From contig NW_003314308.1 of assembly GCF_000143415.4 (NCBI RefSeq), positions 496,001 to 560,000 of the forward strand: a stretch of 64,000 nucleotides of DNA, written 5' to 3'. Position 1 is the first letter of the stretch. Every line of letters begins with the position of its first letter. The DNA comes from Selaginella moellendorffii. Taxonomy: Eukaryota > Plantae > Lycopodiophyta. A program made the position numbers and the translations under genes. The notes beneath the pieces are model-generated. The model did not search any database, was not told the DNA's origin, and saw nothing but the letters and a program-made list of their open reading frames with translations. Positions 35,872-47,003 of this stretch are shown here, piece after piece.

Positions 35872-38063
35872 CTATGACGTGAACAAACGAGGAACTTGGT
35901 TTCGGATTCTGCTAGATCGCCTCACGGGTGTGAGTTTTACCTCCTCTTTCTCGGATCCCTGGAAAGTTTTCAGTAGAGAACTTGAGGATGCGAGCGAGAT
36001 AAGTATAATCAGCAAACGTACCTCGTTGTAAACAACGCGCTTGTAAGCAGTAAAACTCCCGTATGGCGAGTAGCCTCCAGTCTCCTGCTCCGGCGTCAGT
36101 ATAAGCTCTTCGTCAGCTCCTCTCATCCGCATTATGTCTTGAACTGATAGCTCGCAAGCCGGGCTTGAGAACTCTTCCACTGGTGGTTTCTCCGGAACTT
36201 TCGCAGGCGATTGGAGACGGTAGGAAACAGCCAAGCCCAGAACCGCGACGATTAAAACTGCTCCAAGATAAGGCTTGTTGTTGTTGTCATGCTGCTCTTT
36301 GAAGTAGTTTTCTCCAGCATTGGGAATTTCCAACTCCGTATCAGCTTCGTTGATCATGTCTTGCTTCACCGCTGCGTTTGGCATCGACGCTGAGTTCACT
36401 GGAGAACGATGCTCTGGTAACCGACACACCGAAATGGTGTCTCCTATCCAGTCAATGGCTTTAGAAACCTCATCACTTTCGAACACCGGATCTGTTTCCG
36501 CTACGTGAGTGTTACCGTCTGCCTCTTCGTTAAGCTTCTCGAAATATGGAACGTCGCGATGAGCAGCGGAAATAGACGGGGATGGAAGACGAAGATAGCG
36601 GTGAATCAAAGCCTCATTTGCATAGCTTTCGACCGAAGTAAACCACTGCCGCGCCTTGGAGAAGATATCTTCGAAACTCCATCCTGTGAGCACATCTCTG
36701 GCTGTGCTCTCCAGCGGTATGGCTTGTTCAATAAGCGATACTGTCGCAACCCTCAAGCGGTAGTACTGTCCTTGAAACTCGCGGCAGGAGTTGAAGAGAA
36801 CGTCCTTTGCATGGTTGCCAAGAACCAAGCTCGAGTAGTAGCTGGTGATGATCCTCACGGAATTGAAGCCCAGTCCTTCCGCGAGCTTGCCGGAAGACTT
36901 CTCGTAAAGCTCCAAAAGCTGGCGTTTTGCTACTGAGCAGTGTTCCAGCAATGTCGCAGGATTAACATAAAGCCCGACCGTGTCTGCCTCGGAGCTCCAC
37001 TCTATCTCGCCAGGAACCACGCAAAATTCTGATCGTCTGCTCCAGAGTTCATGAAGAATCTGCCTTGGTGGAGCTGCCAGTGCCGAGATGTACAACAAAA
37101 GAACCAGGAATCCCAGAGCCCCGCTCCACTTGATACTTCTCGAGATCTTTTGCCTTCCACAATGAACGTCAGAAACTGTCTTGGTTTCTTCCACCACCAC
37201 CGCTGCTACGTTGCTTTCGATTGAAGTTACTGCCGCAAGAGCTTCCTCAGCAGCATGAACGATCCCATCATCCAGCTCCACTTTCTCGAAAATCATCGAG
37301 GAAACAATCGCCAAATCTTCCTCTTCGATCGTGCCGTGGCTGCTGCTCCCCGAGGACGAATGCTGAGGAGATTGATGTTCTCCAGGAGTTTCTACGCCAC
37401 CAAAAAGATTCCTGGCCAAATCCTTTGAGTCCGCCACCTCTCGATGATGAGTTGTGGAACGCTCCTGGACCCATCCAGCCACTGGCTCTGGCTCTCCCAG
37501 CACCTCTACGTTCACCGGAAACGTCGAGACTTGATCCACAGCACACGCAGCATCGGCCGGAGACTCCATCCCACTCAAGCTCTCTTTGAGCTCTATCCCC
37601 GAAGAACTTGGAATCTGCCATTCCTTGCGGCACCTCTTCGAAGAAACCACCGCAGCGTCGACGACGTTGTGTTCTCCAAGAATTTTCTTTGGCGAGGCTG
37701 GTTTCGCAAGAGCTCTCTGTTTGTTCGAAGAAGCCGGAGAAGAAGGGATCTTACAAGGAGGACCATTTTCCTTGAGGTGCTGGTGGTCTGGCGTCTTTGG
37801 CACCGGCAAGGGCAATCCCCTCCTCACTGCCAGGAATTTCATCCAGCGATTAGGCCATAGTTTCGCAACGCTATGCTAGATTGGAGAGCTAGAAGAAATC
37901 TCTCACCTGGAGGGCGCATTGGAGAGCTCGTGAACACTGGACTGCTGCATTTTCGCGCAAATCCTCCCCCCTCCTGCCGCGGCACGACCTGGCAAGGGCT
38001 CTTTTTGGGAGCGACCGGCGACCTGGTAAACTTGGAGCGATCTGGCTTGCAAGAAAACGCCAT
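35872..38063 (-). CDS. Uncharacterised plant membrane protein, 3 exons, with C-terminal YGSFT...TPVRRSSRIR
   Basis: Long ORF with two hydrophobic segments (ALGFLVLLLYISAL; YLGAVLIVAVLGLAV); SP/TP-rich basic N-terminus. Confidence 0.7.
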
Positions 38064-38216
38064 AGCGAGCGCGCAGCGAGAAATCTATACAAACTACCTC
38101 TCGATCGCTACTACTACGATCTCGTAAGAACCCTAGGTACATCCGCCCAAACGGTCCCAAAGTTTTTTAAACTTCCAACGGTCACTGGCCCAAACATGAC
38201 CCATTCGTACAGAGAA

Positions 38217-40034
38217 TCATTTTGAGCATCTAGGGTTCTTCGAATTTTTGGGCTTGGTGGCATAGATCTGTGCGAGCAAGACATGGGCGGTTCCGGGGTC
38301 TAGATCGAGCAATTCTTTTGCGACGCGCTCCCCGCGATCGAGGTCTCGGTGGATCCGGCACGCGCCCATGAGCGCACCCCAGGCCATCAAATCCGGCTCG
38401 AATGGCATGCTGTGGATGAGATCATCGGCCTGATCGAGATGCCCCATTCTTCCGAGCAGATCCAGCACGCAGCAAAACTGCTCCTTGCGAGGACGGAGCC
38501 CAAAATCGTAGCTCATCGACACGAAGTAGCTCCAGCCCAGATCGATGTGGTCGCACGCGATCAAAGCGCCAGTGAAAGCGATCTCGTCGGGATGGATTCC
38601 ATCCAAGATCATCGCCCAAAAGAGCTCCAGCGCGTGCCCGCCATTGCCGCCATTGGCATTTGCTACGATTAGAGTAGTCCAGGTGACCAAATTCCTCTCG
38701 CTCATCGCATCAAACAACGCCATCGCTCGATCGAGATTACCATTTTGGACAAACGCCACCACGGTCGCTGTTCTTGACACAACGTTGTGACCCGGCATAT
38801 TCCAGACGGTAGTAAGAAATTCCTGCATATGCCCTTTTTGGGCATATGCTGTGAAGAGAACAGTCCAGCATACAATGTCGTGTTCGGGCATAGAATCTAG
38901 CATATACTTTGCCTCCTCTAGATACCCACACAAAGAATATGCTTGAATTATTCCTGTCCATGACACCAAATTCCTGGCCTCCATGGTGTCAAATAAGACT
39001 TTGGATTCCTCCAAATATCCTTCTTGGGCATATGCACGAAGTATAACAGTTTGAGAGACTACGTCATGCTTTGGCATGGAGTCGAAAACTATTTTAGCGT
39101 CTTCCAACTCAAAATTCTCCACGTAACCTTGCAACAGCAGTGTCCATGAAGCGAGAACTCTCTCCGGGATGGAATCGAAGAACTTACGGGCAAGGACGAG
39201 GCACCCATTCTCAGCCAGTGCCTTGATCATCGCGTTCTTGGTCACAATATCGTGCCAGGGCATTTGGTTGAACAGATCTGTGGCTTGGGCGAGGAGTGAG
39301 TTCTCCGCAAGCGCAGTGATGAGCGCATTGGACGAAGAGAGGCACCACTCGGGCATCTGATTGTAAAGAGTTCTTGCGTGTTCCAAATTTTCTCTCTGGG
39401 CATTTGCTGTCACAAGGATGTTCCACGAGATCACGCTCCAAGCCGGCATCTGATTGAAAATCCTTTTAACCTCGGACAAGTTTCCGTGCTCGCTAACACA
39501 GTGCATCATAGAGTTCCAGGAGATTACGTTTTTCTCTGGCATGGAATTAAAGAGGAGCTTCGCTTTCGACAGATACCCGCTGTGGGCATATGCTGTGAGC
39601 ATTGAGTTTAAAGAGACCAGCGTCACAAACTCCATGGAAACAAAAATCTCCTCAGCTCTACCAACTTTCCCCTGCTGGCCAAATGCCGCAATCGCGATGT
39701 TAAACGAGACGGTGTTCTTGGCAGGCATTGTTTCGAACACACTAATCGCTCTTTCAAAATCCCCTGTCTGGGCAAATGCTGCAATGATATGTGTCCAGGA
39801 GAAGAAATTGCGCTGCTCAAGGCCCTGGAACACAAGCCAGGCATCGTCGACGCTGCCACACCTGGTGTACATCTGGATAACAAGATTCGACAGGAAAACA
39901 TTGCTCTTGAGCCCATTCGTGAGAATTCTTGCATGGATTTGCCTTGCTCGGTCAAGGCGCTTGCATTCCCTGATCTGTGAAGCTAGACTCGTGAAGCTCA
40001 AATCGCGAGATTGGATGACACCAATGGACGACAT
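38217..40034 (-). CDS. PPR protein rich in short (S-type) repeats with an E-type domain
   Basis: Tandem roughly 31-aa FxxMPxxxxxSW repeats; QFCCVLDLLGRMGHLDQADDLIHSMPFEPD. Confidence 0.92.
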   Translation of the reverse strand: MSSIGVIQSRDLSFTSLASQIRECKRLDRARQIHARILTNGLKSNVFLSNLVIQMYTRCGSVDDAWLVFQGLEQRNFFSWTHIIAAFAQTGDFERAISVFETMPAKNTVSFNIAIAAFGQQGKVGRAEEIFVSMEFVTLVSLNSMLTAYAHSGYLSKAKLLFNSMPEKNVISWNSMMHCVSEHGNLSEVKRIFNQMPAWSVISWNILVTANAQRENLEHARTLYNQMPEWCLSSSNALITALAENSLLAQATDLFNQMPWHDIVTKNAMIKALAENGCLVLARKFFDSIPERVLASWTLLLQGYVENFELEDAKIVFDSMPKHDVVSQTVILRAYAQEGYLEESKVLFDTMEARNLVSWTGIIQAYSLCGYLEEAKYMLDSMPEHDIVCWTVLFTAYAQKGHMQEFLTTVWNMPGHNVVSRTATVVAFVQNGNLDRAMALFDAMSERNLVTWTTLIVANANGGNGGHALELFWAMILDGIHPDEIAFTGALIACDHIDLGWSYFVSMSYDFGLRPRKEQFCCVLDLLGRMGHLDQADDLIHSMPFEPDLMAWGALMGACRIHRDLDRGERVAKELLDLDPGTAHVLLAQIYATKPKNSKNPRCSK

Positions 40035-40142
40035 TGGTTTGAAGAGTCCATAAGGAGAAGTCAAAAAAAGGTCAAATAGGAATTAGGGTTCTTGAGGATC
40101 TATAAGGACTGTGAGAGATTAGGGTTTTTGTATCGAGGAGGA

Positions 40143-40736
40143 ATGAGGCAAGTTCGCGAGTGGCTCTACATTGGCAACGCTGACGACGCGGGTAGTTTCG
40201 TCTCTGGGTCTCGGCATGGATTCACCCACATCCTCACTCTAGCTCCAGTTTGCTTGGGCGATGGCTGCAACTTCATCAAAGTCGTGCCCGAGTATCGCAT
40301 GGAAGAGTTCGATCGTGTAGCCCGGCAGCTCCAGGAGAAGTGCCCCGGCTTTGCTGGCACTCAGCCAGTGCGCAAGATCGTCCCGTTGGTGGACGAGGAG
40401 AGCCAGGACATAGCCCAGGTGCTGCGAGAGTGCCTGGGTTTCATTGATCGAGGGGTGGAGGAGGGGATTGTTCTCGTCCACTGCATTGGCGGCTTCTCTC
40501 GCAGCGCGTCGGTGGTGACGGCGTATTTGATGTGGAAGGAGGGGCTGGGCATGGACGAGGCGCTCGAGTCCCTGAGGAGATGCAAGGAGGGGATTCGCCC
40601 AAACGCGGGATTTATCAAGCAGCTGCGAGAATTCGAGCAAAGAGGTGACGAGTTTGATGTGTCGCAAGATCGTGAGACCGAGCACAAAGCTATGGAGTAT
40701 CGATGTAAACTGTGCAAGAGAGAAATGGTTGTATGA
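40143..40736 (+). CDS. Dual-specificity phosphatase (DUSP12/YVH1-like), C-terminally short
   Basis: LYIGN, VLVHCIGGFSRSAS (HCX5R), PNAGFIKQL; ends YRCKLCKREMVV-stop. Confidence 0.85.
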   Translation: MRQVREWLYIGNADDAGSFVSGSRHGFTHILTLAPVCLGDGCNFIKVVPEYRMEEFDRVARQLQEKCPGFAGTQPVRKIVPLVDEESQDIAQVLRECLGFIDRGVEEGIVLVHCIGGFSRSASVVTAYLMWKEGLGMDEALESLRRCKEGIRPNAGFIKQLREFEQRGDEFDVSQDRETEHKAMEYRCKLCKREMVV

Positions 40737-40771
40737 TTGAAACTTTCAATATAGAGTAGTGGATCAAGGCT

Positions 40772-42127
40772 CTAGAGATAGAGAAGCTCCTTTAGACGAG
40801 CGCGGGAAACCTCCATGGCCTCCATGGCCTTGGATTTGATTACCTTTGCTCGTTTTCTCAGCGATTCACTGCCCATCAAACTCCTGGCGGCTCGCTCGAC
40901 TTCGCTCCTTCCAACAATCCTGGAGCTTCCATCGCTGCTGTTCTTGCTCTCGATCCTCACCCCGACTCTCCACACGTCCACCATGAACTTACAGTTGATG
41001 GGCTGGTCGCCCATGAACGGCCACCCGATCATCGGGACCCCGGAGCTCAAGCTCTCGAGCGTCGAGTTCCAGCCGCAGTGCGTGACAAATCCTCCCACGC
41101 TCGGGTGCCTGAGAATATCAATCTGCGAGCTCCATGACACGATCAACCCCCGGTTTCCAATCCTCGTCCGCAAGCCCTGGAGGAAATACCCGAGCTTTCG
41201 CTGGGAGCTCTCACGTAGGACCCAGAGAAAGCTCTGGTGACTTGCCTCCAAGCCATAGCCGACCTCCATGACTTGTTCTTCCGGGAGCTCCACCATTGTT
41301 CCAAAGCACACGTACAACACGGACGAAACCTCTTGTGCGTCGAGCCATTCTTTTTGGACGTGATCTTCCATGCTTGATACCGCCCCGACGAGCATTGGCC
41401 CAACGTTGACAAGCTTGCCAAACCCCTGGTCCCTCAAATCACCCAAAGTTTGCTCCTCCAACTCGTCCAGAGTATTCATGATCAGCCATGGAGCCTTGAG
41501 CAGGTTCTTGAGCTTTCTCATCGAGCTAAAGCTCACTGGATCCAGAGGGTCCTCGGGGATGTCCGTGAAAACCGAGAGCTCGCAAGGAACGCCTGGTATC
41601 ACGGACGAATCCACCACTTTCTTCTCGGGCGATCGATCGTTCCTGGAGAGCGGAAGGAATCCTTTCTCCAGGAGCGTCTCGACGTTGACAGTGATGTGGA
41701 GCATGGCCGCCGACGACACCCAAAACGCAGCAACGTTGCAAGCTAAGCTCTCGAGACGGTCGATAAGCAGGAAGTCGATGATGGCCAGGGAAACCGGCCC
41801 GAGCTCTGGAGCAGAAGCCGCGACCAGCTTCTTAATCTCGTCCGAGTTCCTGGCCATGACCTCGATGCTCTCAGAGAGCGTATAGCCGCTGCGATCTCTA
41901 TCGACTTCCAGAGCCTGGAATCTAATGGCTTGCCTCAATTTTTGGTCGCCGTCGCAGAGATGGTTGAGGGCCGAGAGTGATGCTTGGAGAGTGCTGCTCG
42001 TTGTGATGAATGTGATATCGGATCCAAGGGACGCTAGCTGCACAGAGAGCTGGAGCAACGGATTAGTGTGGCCAGAGATTGGAAGAGGAATCACCACAAC
42101 ATGAGGCGGATTGCTTCGGGACGCCAT
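40772..42127 (-). CDS. UDP-glycosyltransferase (family 1), intronless
   Basis: GHTNP; PSPG box WSSQIDILRHPSVGGFVTHCGWNSTLESLSSGVPMIGWPFMGDQ. Confidence 0.95.
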   Translation of the reverse strand: MASRSNPPHVVVIPLPISGHTNPLLQLSVQLASLGSDITFITTSSTLQASLSALNHLCDGDQKLRQAIRFQALEVDRDRSGYTLSESIEVMARNSDEIKKLVAASAPELGPVSLAIIDFLLIDRLESLACNVAAFWVSSAAMLHITVNVETLLEKGFLPLSRNDRSPEKKVVDSSVIPGVPCELSVFTDIPEDPLDPVSFSSMRKLKNLLKAPWLIMNTLDELEEQTLGDLRDQGFGKLVNVGPMLVGAVSSMEDHVQKEWLDAQEVSSVLYVCFGTMVELPEEQVMEVGYGLEASHQSFLWVLRESSQRKLGYFLQGLRTRIGNRGLIVSWSSQIDILRHPSVGGFVTHCGWNSTLESLSSGVPMIGWPFMGDQPINCKFMVDVWRVGVRIESKNSSDGSSRIVGRSEVERAARSLMGSESLRKRAKVIKSKAMEAMEVSRARLKELLYL

Positions 42128-42354
42128 AGCTGACAAGCTCTCTCGGCTTGAGACTTATACAAGAGAAGATTCTCAAAGTTATGCGTTAGGTAAGTTGATG
42201 ACACCCCAACCGTCTAGCCGAGCGAATCTCGATCACATATGGAGACGTGGCACCCACAAGACGGGTGGGAGCGCGCCCGCAACGAGGACGCCACCAACGC
42301 GACAAAGATAATCCAACTTGCAAGAACTCGCTTACTCCATTTTGATACTTTTAT

Positions 42355-43815
42355 TTTAGAGCTCTAAGTAAAACTGTGTGGAGGGGCGCCACCATCGCAG
42401 CAGAGAAAGATTTGGAGTTTGTGCGCTACAAGGATTTGCCACTGGAGCCTCCGGCGAGAGGAGCTTGTCGACTTCTCCCCAAAGCTTAAGGCGCTGGGCG
42501 GTGCCGTGACGGCGCTCTGGTGGCACCGCCGGGTGACGTGCGTCATCACGACGTTCTTGTGGGCTGGGACGGAGAAGTCGCTTGGGTGTGCCGAGGGTCG
42601 TGTTTTGGACGTCCACCATGACCGAGTGCCGTGTATAGTAACTTATCGGAGCTCGGACTTTGCCAGTACGCGATCAGCTTGGGCTCTATGCCACAGTCTC
42701 GAGAATAACCTTGCCGCGGAAGTTTGGATCTGTGGCATGAAGTAGCGTCGTGAAGTCCAAGGCCTTGAGGTCCGGAAGTCCTGGAATCTTCACCGTGGTT
42801 CCGAAGTTATCTTCACCATGGTTCCGAGATCTAGCAATCCAAGTTATCTTCACCGTGGTTCCGAGATCTAGCAATCCAAGTTTTCTAAGATCACAAAGAA
42901 AAAGTTTGGAATTCGCGTACCTTTGATCGCATTCTCGGAGATGACTCCCTGGAAGGCAATGCGGTGAGAGCTCTTGAGCTATGAGGAATCAAAATCGGTC
43001 CTCTCTATCTGAACATCTCCACCGGGGACGACGATCCAGACGATCCAAACCAGGTATTCCATGGCTGACAAACAGGAGCCTCGATCGGTTCTCTATATTC
43101 CAGTCCCGGCAGTCGAATTCAAGCAGATAGCCCTGGAGGATGCATTCGCAGGCTCTTTCTGGCAACCGCGGGGAAGTAGGGAAATGTCGCCCTCGCTCAC
43201 CAGAGCGCTGCCGGCAGGGATCACTTCGTCCAATTCCCTCTGGTCTTTTGCCAAGATAAGAGCGTCCAGCCCCGGACTCACGTAGGAGCAAGAACAAAAG
43301 AGAGCAAACCGGTCAACACTCTAGTCAACACATAAGTTAACGCCCAGACTTACCAGCATGGTTCCGGCATGTTCTCGAGCGAGAGCAGGAAGCTCTGGCT
43401 TTGTTCTTGCTTGGCCATGGAAGATCGGTGCACGTCCATGTGCGCTTGGAGCAAGGCGTGCACACTGTCCTCAGCTTGGGCAGCGAGAGATCCATTTGAT
43501 CCATGGGAAGCAATCGCCGATGTGGAGGCCCTCGCTGAGCTTATTCGCGCTGGATCAAGCGGATGAAATCGTCCACATCGAAGCTTCGGCTCGTCCCAAA
43601 CACGAGCACTTGCATGATCCCGAGGACAGTCAGCTCCTGGCTCATGTTCACTGACATGCTCGTCCAAGTTCCTGGCCATGATCTCGATGACGCTGCGGTT
43701 TCTATCAACTTCCAGAGCCTAAAATCTAATGGCTTGCTTTGGTCGCCATGAGGGCCAAGAGTGAGTGATGACCATAGCTGACTTTACAACAAGAGAATAT
43801 TCTTAAACTTATGCG
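42355..43815. pseudogene. Scrambled mosaic of UGT and P450 fragments
   Basis: Pieces match UGT 44524 (both orientations), P450 exons 1-2 (about 43180-43670) and the 5' end of UGT 42127. Confidence 0.85.
42804..42877. repeat. 37-bp tandem duplication
   Basis: aagttatcttcaccRtggttccgagatctagcaatcc x2. Confidence 0.9.
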
Positions 43816-44523
43816 TAAGCATGAGGACCAAAATGTCTCCCGGTGCTGCTGTTGGTGTGTGTGTGTCTACTGCTCCTCAACTAACTCTCCCCGTGTTCAC
43901 CCAACTCCCAATGTGAAGTGAATCTTAACATATGAAGACATATAATCTTAACAACTCACAACACACTTGAAACTTTACATTCATGCTTCAAAGTTAGGCA
44001 TCGCAAAACCATAAACAACATATATAGATAAAATGTTTGAGAGACCATTAAGTGATAAGTATTACAAGAGAAGCATAGCTTGGGGTGTGTAAATTATGAA
44101 GCATGAAATAGCTTTGAGCTTGAAGGTTGTGTGGAGCGTATCAGAAAATTCATAAACTATGTGTTGTAACAAAAAAAATGTATTATTAAGTTTATGAGCA
44201 TATCATAGCATATTTCTTGGTCACCTACTCTTTATGATCCTTTTCTTTTGCTGAGTTCATCACACTTTTTCCAGAGCTCTAAGTAGAACTTCAAATCATA
44301 GTGGTCAATTCGTTGTGTTTTCAAGAAAGAATCAAGAGTAAAGAAAGAAAGTAAACAACAGTCACTAGAATTCGTGGGCTTGCTAGTTTACTGCCACGTA
44401 TGAGAGCATTTGAGCGAACAACGAGTGACACGACGGACAAATAAAAGACAAGGAGGAACGAGCTCAGCTATGCTGGAGCAGAAAACCATTAGAAAAGGAA
44501 AACTTTGAATTCTTCTCGGAGCT

Positions 44524-45980
44524 ATGGAGGAAGAACACTTGGATCACATACACATTCTCGCAGTGCCATTCTTCCTCAAGGGCCATGAGATCCCTCTCCT
44601 CCATCTCTGTCGCCATCTCCACTCTCTCACTGGCGGCCGGATCGCCGTCACGATCCTCCAGCTCCCGCAAAACAAGTCGCCACTCTCTGGAGGGGCGCCA
44701 CGATCGCAGCCAGAGAAAGGTTTGGAGTTTGTGCGCTACGAGAATTTGCCGCTGGAGCCTCCGGCTGAGAGGAGCTTGCAGCTCTTCCTCGACTTCTTCC
44801 CAAAGTTTAAGGCGTTGGGCGGTGCGGTGTCGGCGCTCTGGCGGCACCGCCGGGTGACGTGCGTCATCACCGACGTTCTCGTGGGCTGGGGCGGAGAAGT
44901 TGCCCGTGACTTGGGCGTGCCATGGGTCGCGTTTTGGACGTCCACCGTGACCGAGCTTACCGTGTATAGTAACTTACCAAGGCTCATCTCTGAGAATGCG
45001 ATCAAAGGTACGTGAACGCTAAACCTTTTCTTTGTGATCTTAGAAATGGATTGCTAGATCTCGAAACCACGGTGAAGATTCCAGGACTTCCGGACCTCAA
45101 GGCCTTGGACTACACGACGCTACACCATGCCACAGATCCAAACTTCCGCGGCAAGGTTATTCTCGAGACCTTTGTGGAAGCCGTACGGTATAGCACCCAA
45201 GCTGATCGGGTACTGGCAAACTCCTCCCACGCCCTGGAAGGCAATGCGGTGAGAGCTCTCGAGCTATGTGGAATCAACATCGTTCCAGTGGGTCCTCTCC
45301 ATCTAAACATCTCCACCGGGGGCGATCCAAACGATCCAAACCAGGTGATTCCATGGCTGGACAAACAGGAGCCTCGATCGGTGCTCTACATTGCGTTTGG
45401 AACGGTCGCTCCAGTCCCGGCAGCCCAATTCGAGCAGATAGCCCTGGCTCTGGAATCTACTAAGAACATCGCTTTCCTATGGGTGGTACGCCCGGAGCAG
45501 CTCAAGCTAGTGCCGAAGGAATTCGGCTGTACCGCGCGGTACGCGTTCAAGTCTGGTGATACCGTTAATGGCGGGACGGTATACCGCGGGCTGCTAACCG
45601 ACTGGGCACCCCAGGTTGCGGTCCTCGGGCACCGTGCAGTGGGCGGTTTCTTGACGCATTGTGGATGGAATTCGATCTTGGAGAGCATCACTGTTGGCGT
45701 TCCTGTCATCTCGATGCCTCGAATGGCCGATCAGTGCTTGACGCGCAAGATCTTGGACGAGGAGTGGGGGGTTTCGGTACGATTGGGTAACACGGTTACT
45801 GACGTTGTGAGCAAGACCGATTTGGAGGCTGCGATCGAGGAGCTCATGTTTGAAAGGCGGGATGAGCTTGGAAAGAAAGCGAGCGATCTTGGAGAACTCG
45901 CTAGACAGGGCATGGAAGAAGGAGGATCTTCTCGATCCGGCATCGATTCCTTGGTCAAAGACCTTTTACTGTGGAAGTAA
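44524..45980 (+). CDS. UDP-glycosyltransferase (family 1), one very short intron near 45008-45043
   Basis: PFFLKGHEIP; PSPG WAPQVAVLGHRAVGGFLTHCGWNSILESITVGVPVISMPRMADQ. Confidence 0.93.
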
Positions 45981-46032
45981 ACGCTAGTAAAAATTTTCTT
46001 TATTGAAATTTCTTTATTGGTATTTGAAATTT

Positions 46033-46521
46033 CTAGAAGTGGAGTACGCGTAGATCGAAGGAGAACGTGGAATTGATGTCCTCCACGATTCGATCGACGA
46101 GAGCGTAGCCTTTGGCAAACAAAAACTCGCCAGTGCCAGTAGCGATTGGGAGCTGACCACTGGAATTCGTGACGGCGCTGAGAAACGTGAGGCTACTGCC
46201 CTGGAATTCGTCTAGAGTGAGCGTCACAGACACCAGAGATGTGAGGCTATCCATCGACACCACCGTGCTCGTCCCTCGAATCCTTCCTACTTCGCGGGAG
46301 TCGCTCGATCGGCTCACAGTCACGGGATCATCCACGACCGCGATGGCTCCGAATGGATTCGCCGGGTTTCCCAGGCTGGGAACTCCAGTGGTGACGAGGA
46401 AATCGGTGACATTGAAGAAGTCCTGCCAAAAAAGCCTCTGGTGAAGGGATCTCGCGCTGGAAATCTGGAGAGCGACAAGCGCGATGGCCGAGAGGAAGAG
46501 TAATTTGTTAACGCTAGCCAT
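46033..46521 (-). CDS. Dirigent protein (secreted)
   Basis: Signal peptide MASVNKLLFLSAIALVAL; FGAIAVVDDPVT, VGRIRG, LPIATGTGEFLFAKGYA. Confidence 0.88.
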   Translation of the reverse strand: MASVNKLLFLSAIALVALQISSARSLHQRLFWQDFFNVTDFLVTTGVPSLGNPANPFGAIAVVDDPVTVSRSSDSREVGRIRGTSTVVSMDSLTSLVSVTLTLDEFQGSSLTFLSAVTNSSGQLPIATGTGEFLFAKGYALVDRIVEDINSTFSFDLRVLHF

Positions 46522-47003
46522 TATGGAGAAATTTTCAAGGAGAAACGAAGTTTTAAACCAAAAGTTTGGTGCCAACCAACCAAAGATCTAGTGCCGTGTT
46601 GAGAACAACTATAGAAAAATCTACTTGGTTCTTCCTAGAAGTTCTTCCAAGAAGTTCTTCCATAGAATCTATTGTCCAGTCAATTGCGAAGACAAAATAA
46701 TCAACGAACTAGAAGTTCTTCCCAGAAGTTACCAGGAGTCAAGAAAACTATGACCCTCCAGTCAAGAAAAGTCAATCGTAGTCAACGAGAAAGTTGGCAC
46801 GGTAGCCAAGGAGAACATAAATTTAAAGGCTGCCACGCACCAATTTGAAGAAACGGTGGGAGTATCTACACGTCCACAAACATCCATAATGGAACTTCTG
46901 GCACTGTGCTTTTTCAGATCCGCCGTGATCCCCGTGACACAGTTTTCTCGCATATAAGTTCATCCATTTAGTCTATCAAGCATTGTCTTGCAAGTCTAGA
47001 GCA

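Noticed and set aside
46630-46730. Heat-shock element
   Set aside because: Spacing is TTC-N3-GAA, not nGAAnnTTCn
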